In this document: piece by piece, positions 1-11,780 of the stretch
Numbering within the stretch: position 1 is the first letter of the stretch
Layout: the number at the start of each line of letters is the position of its first letter
Source of the DNA: Sminthopsis crassicaudata
Taxonomy: Eukaryota
DNA: 64,000 bases
Reading direction: 5' to 3'
NCBI RefSeq assembly: GCF_048593235.1
Contig: NC_133622.1
Location: 236,809,198 to 236,873,197, forward strand
Translations under genes and position numbers: made by a program
The notes under the pieces: generated by a model
Told to the model about the DNA's origin: nothing
Databases searched by the model: none
What the model saw: the letters and a program-made list of their open reading frames with translations, nothing else

Positions 1-1970
1 CTATCTTTTGCATCTCCAGATACACTGAAAGACTAGTCATTCCAGATCTAGGATCAGTACATCTAAACCAGGTGATTTCAGGGCAGTTGTATTTCCTTTC
101 CTCACTTATCCAAGGTTTCTCTTCTCAGCTTTGGTTCTTTCTATCTCTGACATTTTATCTTCTATGTTCTATGGTTTTTTCCACCTCTGATGTTCTGTGA
201 TCTGTGTCCTAAAATCCTATGGAGTGCTACTAACATTTTTTTTTGAGCTTTTGCATTGATCAGATCCATTTATGGAGGATTAGTCATACTGGGCAGTGAC
301 AGGAATGAAGGAAATCAGGTGAGGAGTCAATGGGGGTGAGAAGGGTCAGTGGATGGAAAGCATCGCTCCACTTGGGTGGCTTTGCTTCCATGGAAACTGG
401 CACTTCCCACCTGCATTGCTAATGGCTCTGCAAATGTGGATGAGGCACAAAGACTCACAGAATGTCAGCACTGGAAGGGACTTCAGAGAATCTCTAACCC
501 AAATATATCATTTTACAGATGAAGAAGCAGATCCAAAGATCCAGAAATATCCAGAGTCTCATACAAGTACATTGAAGGGCTAAGATTAAAATCCATATGA
601 CTTGGCTTTTGGAACTTTTCTATGACATCAAAACATATCAATGAGAATTAAAAACTACCCCTGGGTGTCTTTCTTACAGATGCCATTTCTTCAGTCTCTT
701 AATTACCTAATGTTCCTTTCTCTAACAGTATGTATTATTTCTGTGACAGAGTAAATCAGATGGTAAGTTTTTCTTTGTTTATTAATTTTAAAAAGAGGAG
801 TATATTTTAGGATTCAAGAAGACCTATTAATCTTGAGAGACAGAATTTCTAGGTAATTAACGAATCAATGTATTAATTAGGCTAACCACAATCAATAAAT
901 TGGTAGTCAATTGATAGTTTGGTAGAAGAGCTTTCTAGCAATTTTCCTGTTCACATGACAAAAGACCAACCATTGAGATTACCGAATGCTTAAATACCTT
1001 TGACAGGTAGAGATCAACCCTGCGTGGTGAACAGAAACAGGGGGTGGACATATTAATGAGGAGGTGGGCTGATAGTCTTCAGTTCCTCTAATTGAGAATA
1101 TGACTTGATTATGAGAATCAGCCATCTCCAGCAATCTGGCCAAAAGAATCCATCTCTATTTAGACTACTCTGATTGGTTTTCTCCTTTATAAGCTAGGTC
1201 ACCCTAAATTCCAAGCATAGGGGCTTATTTCCAAAGGACAAGAACTTATCCAGACTAGATTCTGTTTGCAAGGTCTTCTGGGTAAATGGGATCCCACCGA
1301 AGATTAAGAAGCATAGATCCAGAGGATTTGGGCAATCTCATTTATCAGCCTGTCCTTCAGAGGCTGGTTGAATGACCATGGGGGTTGATCTCTTAAGGAG
1401 GAATAGGAAGGAAAAACAATCCTAATTTAATAATTGATTATTAATATAACATAACAATATGACTTAATATAAGATAAATAATAATTTCTTTCATGTATGA
1501 CTTCTGGTACTCATTTAATCCATCTGGTCCCAGATACGTTCTATTAAATCATAGTTTTTTTGGGGGTAGGAGGGGATGGAATAGTAGTTTCCACAATGGT
1601 AATTTTCCAGAAGGAAAGAACTAGGATGAAACTTTGTCACTGAATTCCTGTGTGATTTTGAGCAAGTTGTACTCTGAATCTTAGCTTCTTTATTTGGAAA
1701 TCGAAGGATTTGACTAGAGGACCTCTGAGATCTCTCGCAGAAGTCCATCTACATCAATGATTTTTCATGTACAAACATAGGAACTTTACTTCTTTGATGT
1801 GTTCTTCACTTCCCTGCTCCCACTCCCTCAGTGAACCACTGTTCAAGGTGTGTGTTTAGTAAAAGTTGGTCGTGACTTCACATGTGACCCACAACTGATG
1901 ATGTTTTTACTTCCTTGTACCCTCAGGTAAATTTACATGGTTTAGCTTACTTGAAAACTATCAAGATCTC

Positions 1971-2906
1971 ATGGAAAGTAATGTCACAGAATTTATTCTG
2001 ACAGGTCTGTCCCAGAACAAGGAGGTGCAGCAAGTATGCTTCTTACTGTTCTTACTTTTTTATGCCATCATCATCTTTGGGAATTTCCTTATCATCCTGA
2101 CGATCAAGGGCAGCACAAATCTGAACTCTCCCATGTATTTCTTCCTCAGTTTCTTATCTTTTGTTGACATTTGTTACTCTTCCGTCACTGCTCCAAAGCT
2201 GATTGTAGATTTCCAAGCTAAGGTCAAGACCATCTCCTTTGTTGGTTGCATGACTCAGCTCTTTGGGGTCCATTTCTTTGGATGCACTGAGATCTTCATC
2301 CTCACGGTAATGGCCTATGACAGGTATGTGGCCATCTGTAAGCCCCTGCACTACACAACCATTATGGACCAGAGGGTCTGTACCATACTGATGGTGAGTT
2401 CTTGGGTGGGAGGCTTCATTCATTCTATCATCCAGACCCTTCTCACCGTCTGGCTGCCCTTCTGTGGTCCCAATCTGATCGACCATTATTTTTGTGACGT
2501 CCATCCTCTCTTGAAGCTGGCCTGCACAGACACTTATGTGGTGGGCGTCATCGTGGTGGCCAATAGTGGGATGATATCCTTGAGCTGCTTCATCATTCTT
2601 GTGGGCTCCTATGCTGTCATCCTGTTTTCCCTCAGGACCCGCTCTGCGGAGGGAAGGCGTAAGGCCCTCTCCACCTGTGCTTCCCATGTCATTGTGGTGA
2701 TTTTGTTCTTTGCACCCTGCATCTTCATCTACATGCGACCCTCAACCACCTTCACGGAAGATAAAATGGTAGCTGTGTTCTATACCATCATAACCCCCAT
2801 GTTGAACCCCCTGATCTACACTTTGAGGAATGCAGATGTGAAGAATGCTATGAAAAAGCAGTGGAGCAAGAAAGTGATGGGGCAGAGAAGTAAAGAGCTG
2901 AAATGA
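1971..2906 (+). CDS. OR4S2: Olfactory receptor, family 4, OR4S2-like (311 aa, intact)
   Basis: Open ORF with class II OR motifs [44 protein letters not shown] and N-glycosylation site NVT. Polypyrimidine/AG acceptor ends at 1926. The symbol is the closest human gene from memory, not proven orthology. Confidence 0.93.
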   Translation: MESNVTEFILTGLSQNKEVQQVCFLLFLLFYAIIIFGNFLIILTIKGSTNLNSPMYFFLSFLSFVDICYSSVTAPKLIVDFQAKVKTISFVGCMTQLFGVHFFGCTEIFILTVMAYDRYVAICKPLHYTTIMDQRVCTILMVSSWVGGFIHSIIQTLLTVWLPFCGPNLIDHYFCDVHPLLKLACTDTYVVGVIVVANSGMISLSCFIILVGSYAVILFSLRTRSAEGRRKALSTCASHVIVVILFFAPCIFIYMRPSTTFTEDKMVAVFYTIITPMLNPLIYTLRNADVKNAMKKQWSKKVMGQRSKELK

Positions 2907-3639
2907 GACTTTATTATGGTTGTAGCAGCTAAAAGAGGGATGGTAGAAGAGATTTCCAGCAATTTTCCTTGAAATCTGCTATTCACATAATCTAGTAATT
3001 CTTACTCCTCACATAAATCCCCTCTGATTTGTAATTTCTTTCAGTTTGTCCTATATTCATTTAACCACTGGTTAGCATCGATAACCCCTTAGCTGATCCT
3101 GTTCAGCAAAGAGCCTCTGGTTTTCAGAGTGCCACATTCGTATCAACTATATAAATGCATGCTTGAGGAATGCAATAATGAGGCTACTCTTCAGAGAAAC
3201 AGATGAACATGATTAAGTGGTATGCTAAGGACGGTATCCACAAACACAATGAATAATACTGAATAACACGCAGAATATCTACTGATGACTGCCCGTCCAT
3301 TGCTCTCTTAGATTCTGGATATACACGAAATTTTGTAGGATTGATTAGAGCTCAGGATTTCAGGAAATGCATTTAGGAAATGTATCATTTAAATTTGTCT
3401 AGTTCCCCATGGTCATAATTCCTGTGAATGGGGGAAAAGGTGCCTACTTAATAGTTAATAATCAATGGCTCATGTAGGGCCCAGTTGTGATGATGATACA
3501 AACGCTGGATTCAGAACTTCAGTTCTACTTAGGGTCTAGGGCTTGGGATCTAGTAGGAAATGGAACTCATAAAAATTCTCAAGATTTCTCTGGTCTCAGT
3601 CACTGGCAGGAAATGGCGAATGATTTTAGCCTTTGGTAT

Positions 3640-4486
3640 TGTATGATGAGCAACTGTGAATGATTTAGCTTTTCTCAGTAATATCATGATCTAAGACAAT
3701 TCTGAAGGACAAATGATGAAAAATGCTATCCATCTCCAGAGAAAGAACTGATGGAGTCTGAATGTAGATTGAAGTATATTTTCCCTGTATTCTTACTTTT
3801 TCTTTTTTTGGAATGTATTTTTTAAAATAATTTTTTATTATATATTTTTTTATAATATTATCCCTTGTATTCCTTTTTCCAAATTATCCCCCTCCTCCCT
3901 CTACTCCCTCCCCCCGATGACAGGCAATCCCATACATTTTACTTGTGTTACAATATAACCTAGATACAATACATGTGTGTAAATATCATTTTCTTGTTGC
4001 ACAATAAGCATTAGATTCCGAAGGTATAAGTAACCTGGGTAGATAGACAGTAGTGCTAACAATTTACGGAATGTATTTTCTTTCCTAGCATGGCTAATGT
4101 TGAACTATGTTTTGCATGATTATGTGTGTATAATCTATATCAAATTGCTTGTTTTCTCAATTGAGGAGGCTGGGAGAGAGTGAGGGAGAGAATTTGGAAC
4201 TCAACATTAAAAAAAAAAGAATGTTAAAACTTGTTTTTCTGTGTAATTGAGGAAAAATAAAAAATTAAATCATTTTTGGAATGTATTTTCTTTCCCAATA
4301 TGGCTAATGTTGAACTATGTTTTTTGCATGATTATATATGTATAATCTATATCAAATTTCTTGTTTTCTCAATTGAGGAGGCTGGGAGAGAGTGAGGGAG
4401 AAAATTTGGAACTCAACATTTTAAGAAAAGAATGTTAAAAATTGCTTTTACATGTAATTGAGGAAAAATTAAAAATAAAAAAAATT
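3640..4486 (+). mobile_element. Old marsupial L1 3' end with a 210-bp tandem duplication (4068-4277 / 4278-4486)
   Basis: L1 3'-UTR phrases (AATGCTATCCATCTCCAGAGAAAGAACTGATGGAGTCTGAATG; GAATTTGGAACTCAA) and A-rich ends; two near-identical units. Confidence 0.8.
3822..4067 (-). mobile_element. 5'-truncated L1 3' end with 12-bp target-site duplication
   Basis: GGAATGTATTTT at 3810-3821 and 4068-4079; T-rich tail on the left. Confidence 0.8.
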
Positions 4487-4516
4487 ACTCTCCATTATTT
4501 CATTTGAATTTAATAA

Positions 4517-4744
4517 ACACTTATGTGGTGGGTGTCATTGTGGTGATCAGTAGTGGGATGATATCCTTGAATTACTTCATCATTCTTGTGGGCAATCCTG
4601 TTCTCCCTCAGGACTCACTTCTTGAAGGGAAGGTGTAAAGCTCTCTCCACTTGTGCTTCCCATGTCATTGTGATAATTTTGTTTTTTGTACCCTGCATCT
4701 TCATCTACATGTGGCCCTCAAACATCTTTACAGAAGATAAAATG
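4517..4744 (+). pseudogene. OR pseudogene fragment (TM5-TM7 region), copy of 2530-2768
   Basis: Aligns to 2530-2768 of the first OR with a net 11-nt frameshifting deletion after GTGGGC. No upstream or downstream OR sequence. Confidence 0.92.
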
Positions 4745-5742
4745 TGTGATAGGTGTTATAATTATTCCCACTTCAAAGATTGGGAAACTGAGGCAAACTG
4801 ATTCCCTCACTTTGAAATTAAACTTTTGTTTGATTCCTAACTTTCCTATCTCTAGCCTGCCCTGTTTGGTTCTGACCATCTGTAGGTTAGACAGTATTAC
4901 TTCCATCTGAGTGATAGTATTATTCTTTCCACCAATTAGAATGTTTTATGCAAATGTACCAGTTGTGAACCCTGGGTTACACATGTGAGGAAACAGAAGT
5001 AGAAGGAGTAGAGGGTACCTGAGCTATATATTAAAGGAGATTATTCCCTGTTGGCTTACTTACCATTCCTTGTACTTTATATCCTGATTTTCTATCTTTG
5101 TCCCAGGTGACACACATGCCTCAAATGTCTTTCTTCCACACCACTGTCACTTGAAATTCCCAGATTTAAGGTCCATTCTTGTGCTTTCCTCGACCTCCAG
5201 TCCATGTCACCATGAAAGGGACTTAAGATGAAGATTGTTTCTTCACTTTCCAGGAAGAGAGTTGACTTGAACATTCTTTGCCATGCTTAATTCTATCCCC
5301 TGGCTTTCAGCTTAGGACTCTCCTTTATTTGCCTTCTTTGCTGGTGGGAGAAGGAGAAAAGCCATAGGCTCCTGACCTGTTGGCTGGGAGGAAAAAAGAT
5401 TTTCTGTTCCCCAGGAGAGAGTTCTAGCTCCCTGTAGCTTATATTCTCTGAAAATATAGAACATATTAAATATTAATTATTTTATTATTATTAATATTAA
5501 TTCAATATTAAAATACATATTATTAATAAAATCCTCCCATTTCTGAACTCCTAGGTGATAATTTTGTTCTCTAGGCAAAAAAAAAGGTTTCTCAACAGGC
5601 CAAATTTGGGAGAATCCATTATCTAAAGTTTCCTTCACACCCTTATCATATACTACATAGCAAAACCATTGTCAGGACACAATTAAGATTATGTATGTCA
5701 TTTTTATCTAGCAAATCATTGTGAAAAATGAAAATATTCTAC

Positions 5743-8700
5743 AAAAAGTCTTTGGGTTTGTGAAATACTAGATTGCTATAATCATTGACTATTTTGTTCT
5801 GTGAACCTAACCTATTCCACTGACCAACTGCTCTGTTTCTTAGCCATCATCAAATTGTTTTGATAACTGCTGCTTTTTAATATAGATTTAGATCTGGTGT
5901 AGCTAGGTCACCTTCATTTGCTTTTCTCTTCATTAATTCCCTTGAAATTCTTGACTTTTTATTCTTTCAAATTAATTTTATTGTTATTATTTTTGTTTCT
6001 TGGGATTTTGATAGGCATAGCAATAAATAAGTAGATTAGTTTAGATAGTATTGTCATCTTTATTATATTTGCTCAACCTATCCAAGATATTTTTCCAATT
6101 GTTTAAATCTGACTTTATTTGTATCGAAAGTGTTTTGCTCATGTAGTTCCTGATTTTCCCTTGGCACATAGATTCCAAAATATTTTATACTTTTGACAGT
6201 TATTTTAAATAATAGAATTTTTCTTTATATCTCTTGCTATTGGATTTTGTTAGTGATGTATAAAAATGCTCATGATGTATGTCTGTATGTCCATTTATTT
6301 TGCATCCTGAAACTGTGCTAAAGTTGTGGATTATTTCTAATAGTTTTTAAGTTGACTCTCTAGGATTTTCTAAGTATACCATCATATCAATTGGCAAAGA
6401 GTGATGATTTGGTTTCCTCATTAATACTTTAATTTATTTTTCTTCTCTTATTGCCAAAGCTAGCATTTTTAATACAATATTGGATAGTAATGTTGATAGT
6501 GGGTAACCTTGTTTCACCCTTGATCTTATTGGGAATGATTCCAGTTTATCCCCATTGCATATGATGCTTGTTGATGGCTTTAAATAGATACTGACTATTT
6601 TAAGGAAAAGTCCACTTATTCCCATATTCTCTAGTGTTTTTAATGGGAAAGGATATTGTATTTTATCAAATGCTTTTTCTGCATCTATTGAACTAATTAC
6701 ATGGTTTTGTTAATTTGGTTATTGATATAGTCATCAATTATGCTAATAGTTTTCCTAATATTGAAGCAGCCCTGCATTCCTGGTATGTATCCTATTTGGT
6801 AGTGATATATTATCCTGGGGATGATTTTCTGTAATCTCTTTGCTAATATTTTATTTAATATTCTTGCATCAATATTTGTTAGGGAGAGTGGTCTATAGTT
6901 TTTTTTCCTCTGTTTTCTAGTCAAATTACCTAAAGATTTATCTAATTTCATAAAACCAACTTTTAGTTTTATTTATTAATTCAATAGTTTTTTTTTTTAC
7001 TTTAAATTTTATTAATCTCTCTCTCTCTCTCTTTTTTTAGAATTTCAAATTTGGTATTTGATTGGGCATTTTTAATTTGTTCTTTTTATAGCTTTTTTAG
7101 TTGCAAGCCCAATTCATTGATTTTCCCTTTTTCTATTTTATGCAAATAAACATCTAGAGATATAAAATTTTTCCTTATTACTACTTTGGCTGCATCCCAC
7201 AAATTTTGGTATGTTGTCTCATTATTGTCATTCTCTTAAATGAAATTATTAATTGTGTCTATGATTTGCTGTTTCACCCATTCATTCTTTAGTATGAGAT
7301 TATTTAATTTCCAATTACTTTTGGGTCTATTTTCTCCTGATCTTATATTGCATGTGATTTTTATAGCATCATGATCTGAAAAAATGCATTTATTATTTCT
7401 GCCTTTCTTCATTTGATTTTGAAGTTTTTATGTCCTAACATACGGTCAATTTTTGTATAAGTTCCATGAACTGCTGAGAAAAAAGTAAAATCCTTTCTGT
7501 CTCTATTCAGTTTTCTCCAAAGATCTATCATATCTAACTTTTCTAAATTTTGTTTCTTAACTTACTTTCTTTAACTTCTTTCTTATTTATTTTGTGGTTT
7601 GGCTTATCTAGTTCTGAGAGAGCAAGGTTGAGACCCCCCACATTATAGTTTTGTTGCCTATTTCTTCTTGCATTTCTCTTAACTTCTCCAGGAATTTTCA
7701 TGCTATACTACTTGGTACATATATGTTTAGTATTGATATTGCTTCATTATCTATGGTATCCTTTAATAAGATATAGCTTCCTTATCTCTTTTAGTTAGAA
7801 CTATCTTTGTTTTTACTTGATCTGAGATCAGAAGTGCTACCCCTGCTTTTTGTCCCCTTTACCTAAAACATAATATATTCTGCTCCAACTCTTTACCTTC
7901 ACTCTGTATTCACACTTTGCTTTAAATGTGTTTTTTGGAAAGAACATATTGTAGGATTCTGGCTTTTAATCCAGTCTGCTATCAATTTCTATTTTATGGG
8001 AGAGTTCATCCCATTCACATTTACAGTTAATTAATTCTGTATTTTCTGCCATCTTATTTACCCTAAGTTATACTTTTCACTTTCCTTTCCCTCTTCCCTA
8101 CTCCCCAGTATTTTGCTTTAGATGACCAGGTCCATCAAATAGTTCTCCTCCTTTAGAGCCCTTACCCTTTTTTTACACCTTTCCCCTAATTCTTCTGTTT
8201 TCCCTTCTATTAGTTTTTTCCTTTCTTTTCTCTTTCCCTCCTACTTTTCTATAAGGTGAGACATGTTTTTCTACAAAATCAAATATGTCTGATATTCTCT
8301 CCTAGAGCCAAATCTGATGAGAGTAAGATTCACACAATACTCATCCCCCTCCTTTCTTTCCCTCAATTATAATAGGTTTTCTTTGCCTCTTTGTGAGATG
8401 TAATTTCTCTTATTTTACCTCCTTTTTCTTCTTTTTTCCCCTAGTATGATCCCCTTTTCGCTTCTAGTTTCTTTGCATATTATCATAATAAAATCAAATT
8501 ATACCCACATTCTCTAAGTAAACCCATAACAGAAATATAGTTCTCAAGAGTGCTTTCCTTTTTACCTTTTTTATGTTTCTCTTGAATTCTGTGTTTAGAG
8601 ATCAAATTTTTTGTTAAATTATGGTTTTTTTCATTAGAAATAGGTGAAATTCACCTATATCATTGAATGTCCATTTCTTCCCTGAAAGATAATGCTCATT

Positions 8701-10122
8701 TTTGATGGATAGCTTATTCTTGGTTGTAATCCAAGTTCCTTTGCCTTTCAGAATATCAGATTCCAGCCTCTTTGATCTTTTAAGGTGGAAGCTGCTAAAT
8801 CCTGGGTAATCTCAATTGAGGCTGCTCAGTATTTAAATTGTTTCTTTTTGGCTCATTGTAATATCTTTTCCTTGGTATGATAGCTCTAAAATTTAGCCAT
8901 GATATTCCTTGGAATTTTAATTTTGAGGGCTTTTTTAGGAGATGATGGATGAATTCTTCCAATGGCTATTTTACCTTCTGGTTTTAAGATATCAGGGCAG
9001 TTTTCCTTTATTATTCCCTGTAAGATAAAGTCTAGGTTCTTTTTTTTCATCATGGCTTGTAGGAAGTCCAATAATCCTTAGATCAGTGTCCTCAAACTAC
9101 AGTCCACTGGCCAGATGCAGCCCATGGAGGACAGTTATGTGGCCCACCGGGTTATGGCAAAATCAGACTGGAAGTGAGGTTCAACCTAAACTCGCGTTAG
9201 CAACGCACACTGGGCTGAGGTGGTGGAGACAGAGTGTCTGGCCCTCCAACAGTGAACTGGCCCCTTATTTAAAAAGTTTGAAGACCACTGCCTTAGATTG
9301 TCTGTCTCTCCTAGATTTATTAATTGGTGTTTCTCCTGTTTCCAGGTCATTTGTTTTTCCCAGGAGATATTTCATATTTTCTTCTATTTTTCATATTTTA
9401 TTTTTGTTTGACTGATTCTGAAGTCTTATTGAGCCACTCACTTCCATTTTTTTCAATTCTAATTTTTAGTGTATTATTTTCTTCAGTTACCTTTTTTTAA
9501 ATCTCCTTTTGCAATTGGCCAATTGATTTTTTTGTTCATTACATTATTTTTCCGTTTCACAAATTTTGTTTTTCAGTTAATTGGTGTCTATGGTGAGAGT
9601 TCTTTTTGTTTTTTTATTCATTTTTTTTAAGGCTTGATGTTTGTTCAATGCAAAGGAGTGACAGCTGCTTTAATTTGCTCTAGGGCAGTTCTGCTGATTG
9701 ATTTCCAGTGCTGGGTAATGGCGCTAGGTCCTGCATTCTTCTAGGGCTCAGTGGTTTACAATTTGCCAAATTTGGTAAATCTACCAAATCACCTACTTGC
9801 AACCTGGACAGAGCAGCCTAAGAGGCTCACAGAAGATTCCCAGTTGCCTGGATGCTGTAATGCTCTGACTCCTGGCCCCAACTTTTTGCCCAAGTTTTCC
9901 TGTGGGGCAGTCTGGGCTCGGCAGACTTAATCCCTGCCGGTTTGAAACAGACCTCTTCTGAAGATCTTCCAAGGGTAACTTCTAGAAATGTGTTGTACTC
10001 CAAATATTTGTCAATTCTTTGACTCCAAAACCAATTTAGATACTTAATCTGCTGTTGGTTTGAGAGAAGGTCACAGAGATTTGTGTCTGTTCTTTGCTAT
10101 CTTGGCTCCACTTTGGGAAGTC
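5743..10122 (-). mobile_element. Degraded L1 with 5' terminus, ORF1 and 5' part of ORF2; 3' end missing
   Basis: 5'-end motif GCTATCTTGGCTCCAC..GGAAG near 10100; ORF1p fragment QGIIKENCPDILKPEGKIAIGRIH; ORF2 fragments ([34 protein letters not shown]); many stops and frameshifts. Confidence 0.92.
9084..9290. mobile_element. hAT/Charlie-type MITE (OC1-like), 207 bp, inside L1 ORF1
   Basis: TIRs CAGTGTCCTCAAACT and AGTTTGAAGACCACTG; perfect 8-bp TSD CCTTAGAT at 9076-9083 and 9291-9298. Confidence 0.9.
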
Positions 10123-11609
10123 TTTTGCCATCACTTTAAATACAAAATCGGTCCATTTTCTCTTCTGATCATACTTGTCATTTCTATGAGTCTCTTTATT
10201 TTGCTACTTTAATGCAAATCATCATTAGCTATATTCTCTACCCTGCTCATCCCTTCCATGCTTTTGTCTTTCTATTAACTCTTGAATCTCCCCAAATTTT
10301 TTTCTGATTATATCCCATGAGTTACAGAAGGGGGAAGCTGTTTCAGCAGCTCCTGGATATCAATGATATGTGATCTAGTTGGGTTGAATGGTGGGCATAA
10401 TGAAGTTGGAGTGAGAATGTCTGGATTCTACCACTTATACTTGTGTAATGTTACTCAAGTCACTTAAAGCACCCTAAACCTCAGTTTCATTATGGATAAA
10501 ATTCAGGAGTTGCACTGAATGATCACAATTTTGAATAAGACATTATAACTTTTTTCTCTTTCTGATGCATGATGACATGAGAAACATGTTTGAATTCCCG
10601 TGCTTGTTATTTTACCTGGAAGCCACTTCAAGGCTGAATAAACCTCCCAATTTGGGTTCAGATGTTCATGTGGAATAAAAATGAAAGAAACATGGTGTGT
10701 TTTCTCAAACTTCCTGGGAAGTTTGCTAGAAATGGGAAATGCTAGAAAAGGGAGAGGAGAAGAAAATGCAATAGCTAGCATTTACATAGTGATTTACAAT
10801 TTGCAGAGCATTTCATCTATATCATTTCATTTAATTCTCAGCAATTTAGGACATGGAACCAGGACTGAAGATGCCAGCTTTACTTCCTGCTTCAAATAAT
10901 CTAGGAAATTCTTGGTTTTTCCCTGCTATTTCTCCATTCTTTCCTTATCCTGTAACTGGGACTGTCATATATTTTACTTGCTTCTTTTATTTTAATGTTT
11001 CCTGAATCTTGATTGTGCCTCAAATAGGTAGAAATCAGGAATGATCTGGATATAAGCAAAATTTTAATTAGAGCTGAGAAGAAAATATAGGTTTTCTTAA
11101 GTAGGGGCTCTTAACCAGTATAATAATATTAATAACTCTTTGTCTGATAATAAACTCCATAAAATAGCAGAGGAAGGGCCACATAGGCCTGCATGCTATT
11201 ATATTTTCTTTAGGCTAAAAATAAGCAATGGCAGCTAGGTGCTGCCCTAGTGTATAAAGCAGCCAACCTGAAATCTGAGTTTGTGGCCTCAGAAACTTAT
11301 TAGTTTTGTGATCCTGGGCAAAATCAGTCAACTTTGCCTCAGTTTCCTCACACGTAAAAGTGAGCTGGAGGAGAAAATAGCAAACGACTTCACTGTCTTT
11401 TCCAAGGAACCCAAAGGGGTTACAAAATATCAGACATGACTGAAATGATAGAAACAACAAAAGTAAGCTAATTGTTGTGACATGGTATAGTTGATTAACT
11501 CTCCAGAGAGGAGGGAGAGGAAAAGATCTAGTGCTGGCCAGCCAACTCTTCTCCACAGAGACCCCTAGCAATGTAGCACTAGAAATGTGTGAAAACTCAG
11601 AATTGAAAC

Positions 11610-11780
11610 AAGTAATTGAAGCAGGCATTCAATCTTTCCCAAGTCATTGTTTCTTTGCAAAGTTCTCTCTCGAGGGAGCCAAAGAAGACCTCAGAGAATC
11701 TGATCTCCTGATATTAGCTTCTGTGTTAGTACATTTCATAAGGCTAGGGCACCTCAGAATTGCAATCATGCAGGTGAGTT
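11610..11780 (+). promoter_or_regulatory. Candidate promoter/first exon of OR4B1-like copy 1
   Basis: TAATTGA homeodomain-type site at 11613, O/E-like TCTCGAGGGA and CCTCAGAGA, consensus donor CAG|GTGAGT at 11774. The block is much better conserved with 18640-18810 than the surrounding spacer is. Confidence 0.6.

Noticed and set aside
353-583. 76-aa ORF at the window start
   Set aside because: Runs through a MIR-type fragment (TTTTACAGATGAAGAA..); no homology evident.
960-1420. Possible degraded LTR (ATTGG plus TTTATAAG)
   Set aside because: No TG..CA ends or TSD could be located; needs RepeatMasker.
2154-2687. 177-aa antisense ORF inside the first OR
   Set aside because: Shadow frame of OR codon usage with no recognisable domain; not retained at this length in the other ORs.
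3000-3340. CpG-richer segment after the first OR as a possible viral or gene fragment
   Set aside because: The frames I translated by hand gave short peptides with no recognisable similarity; probably 3' UTR or unique DNA.
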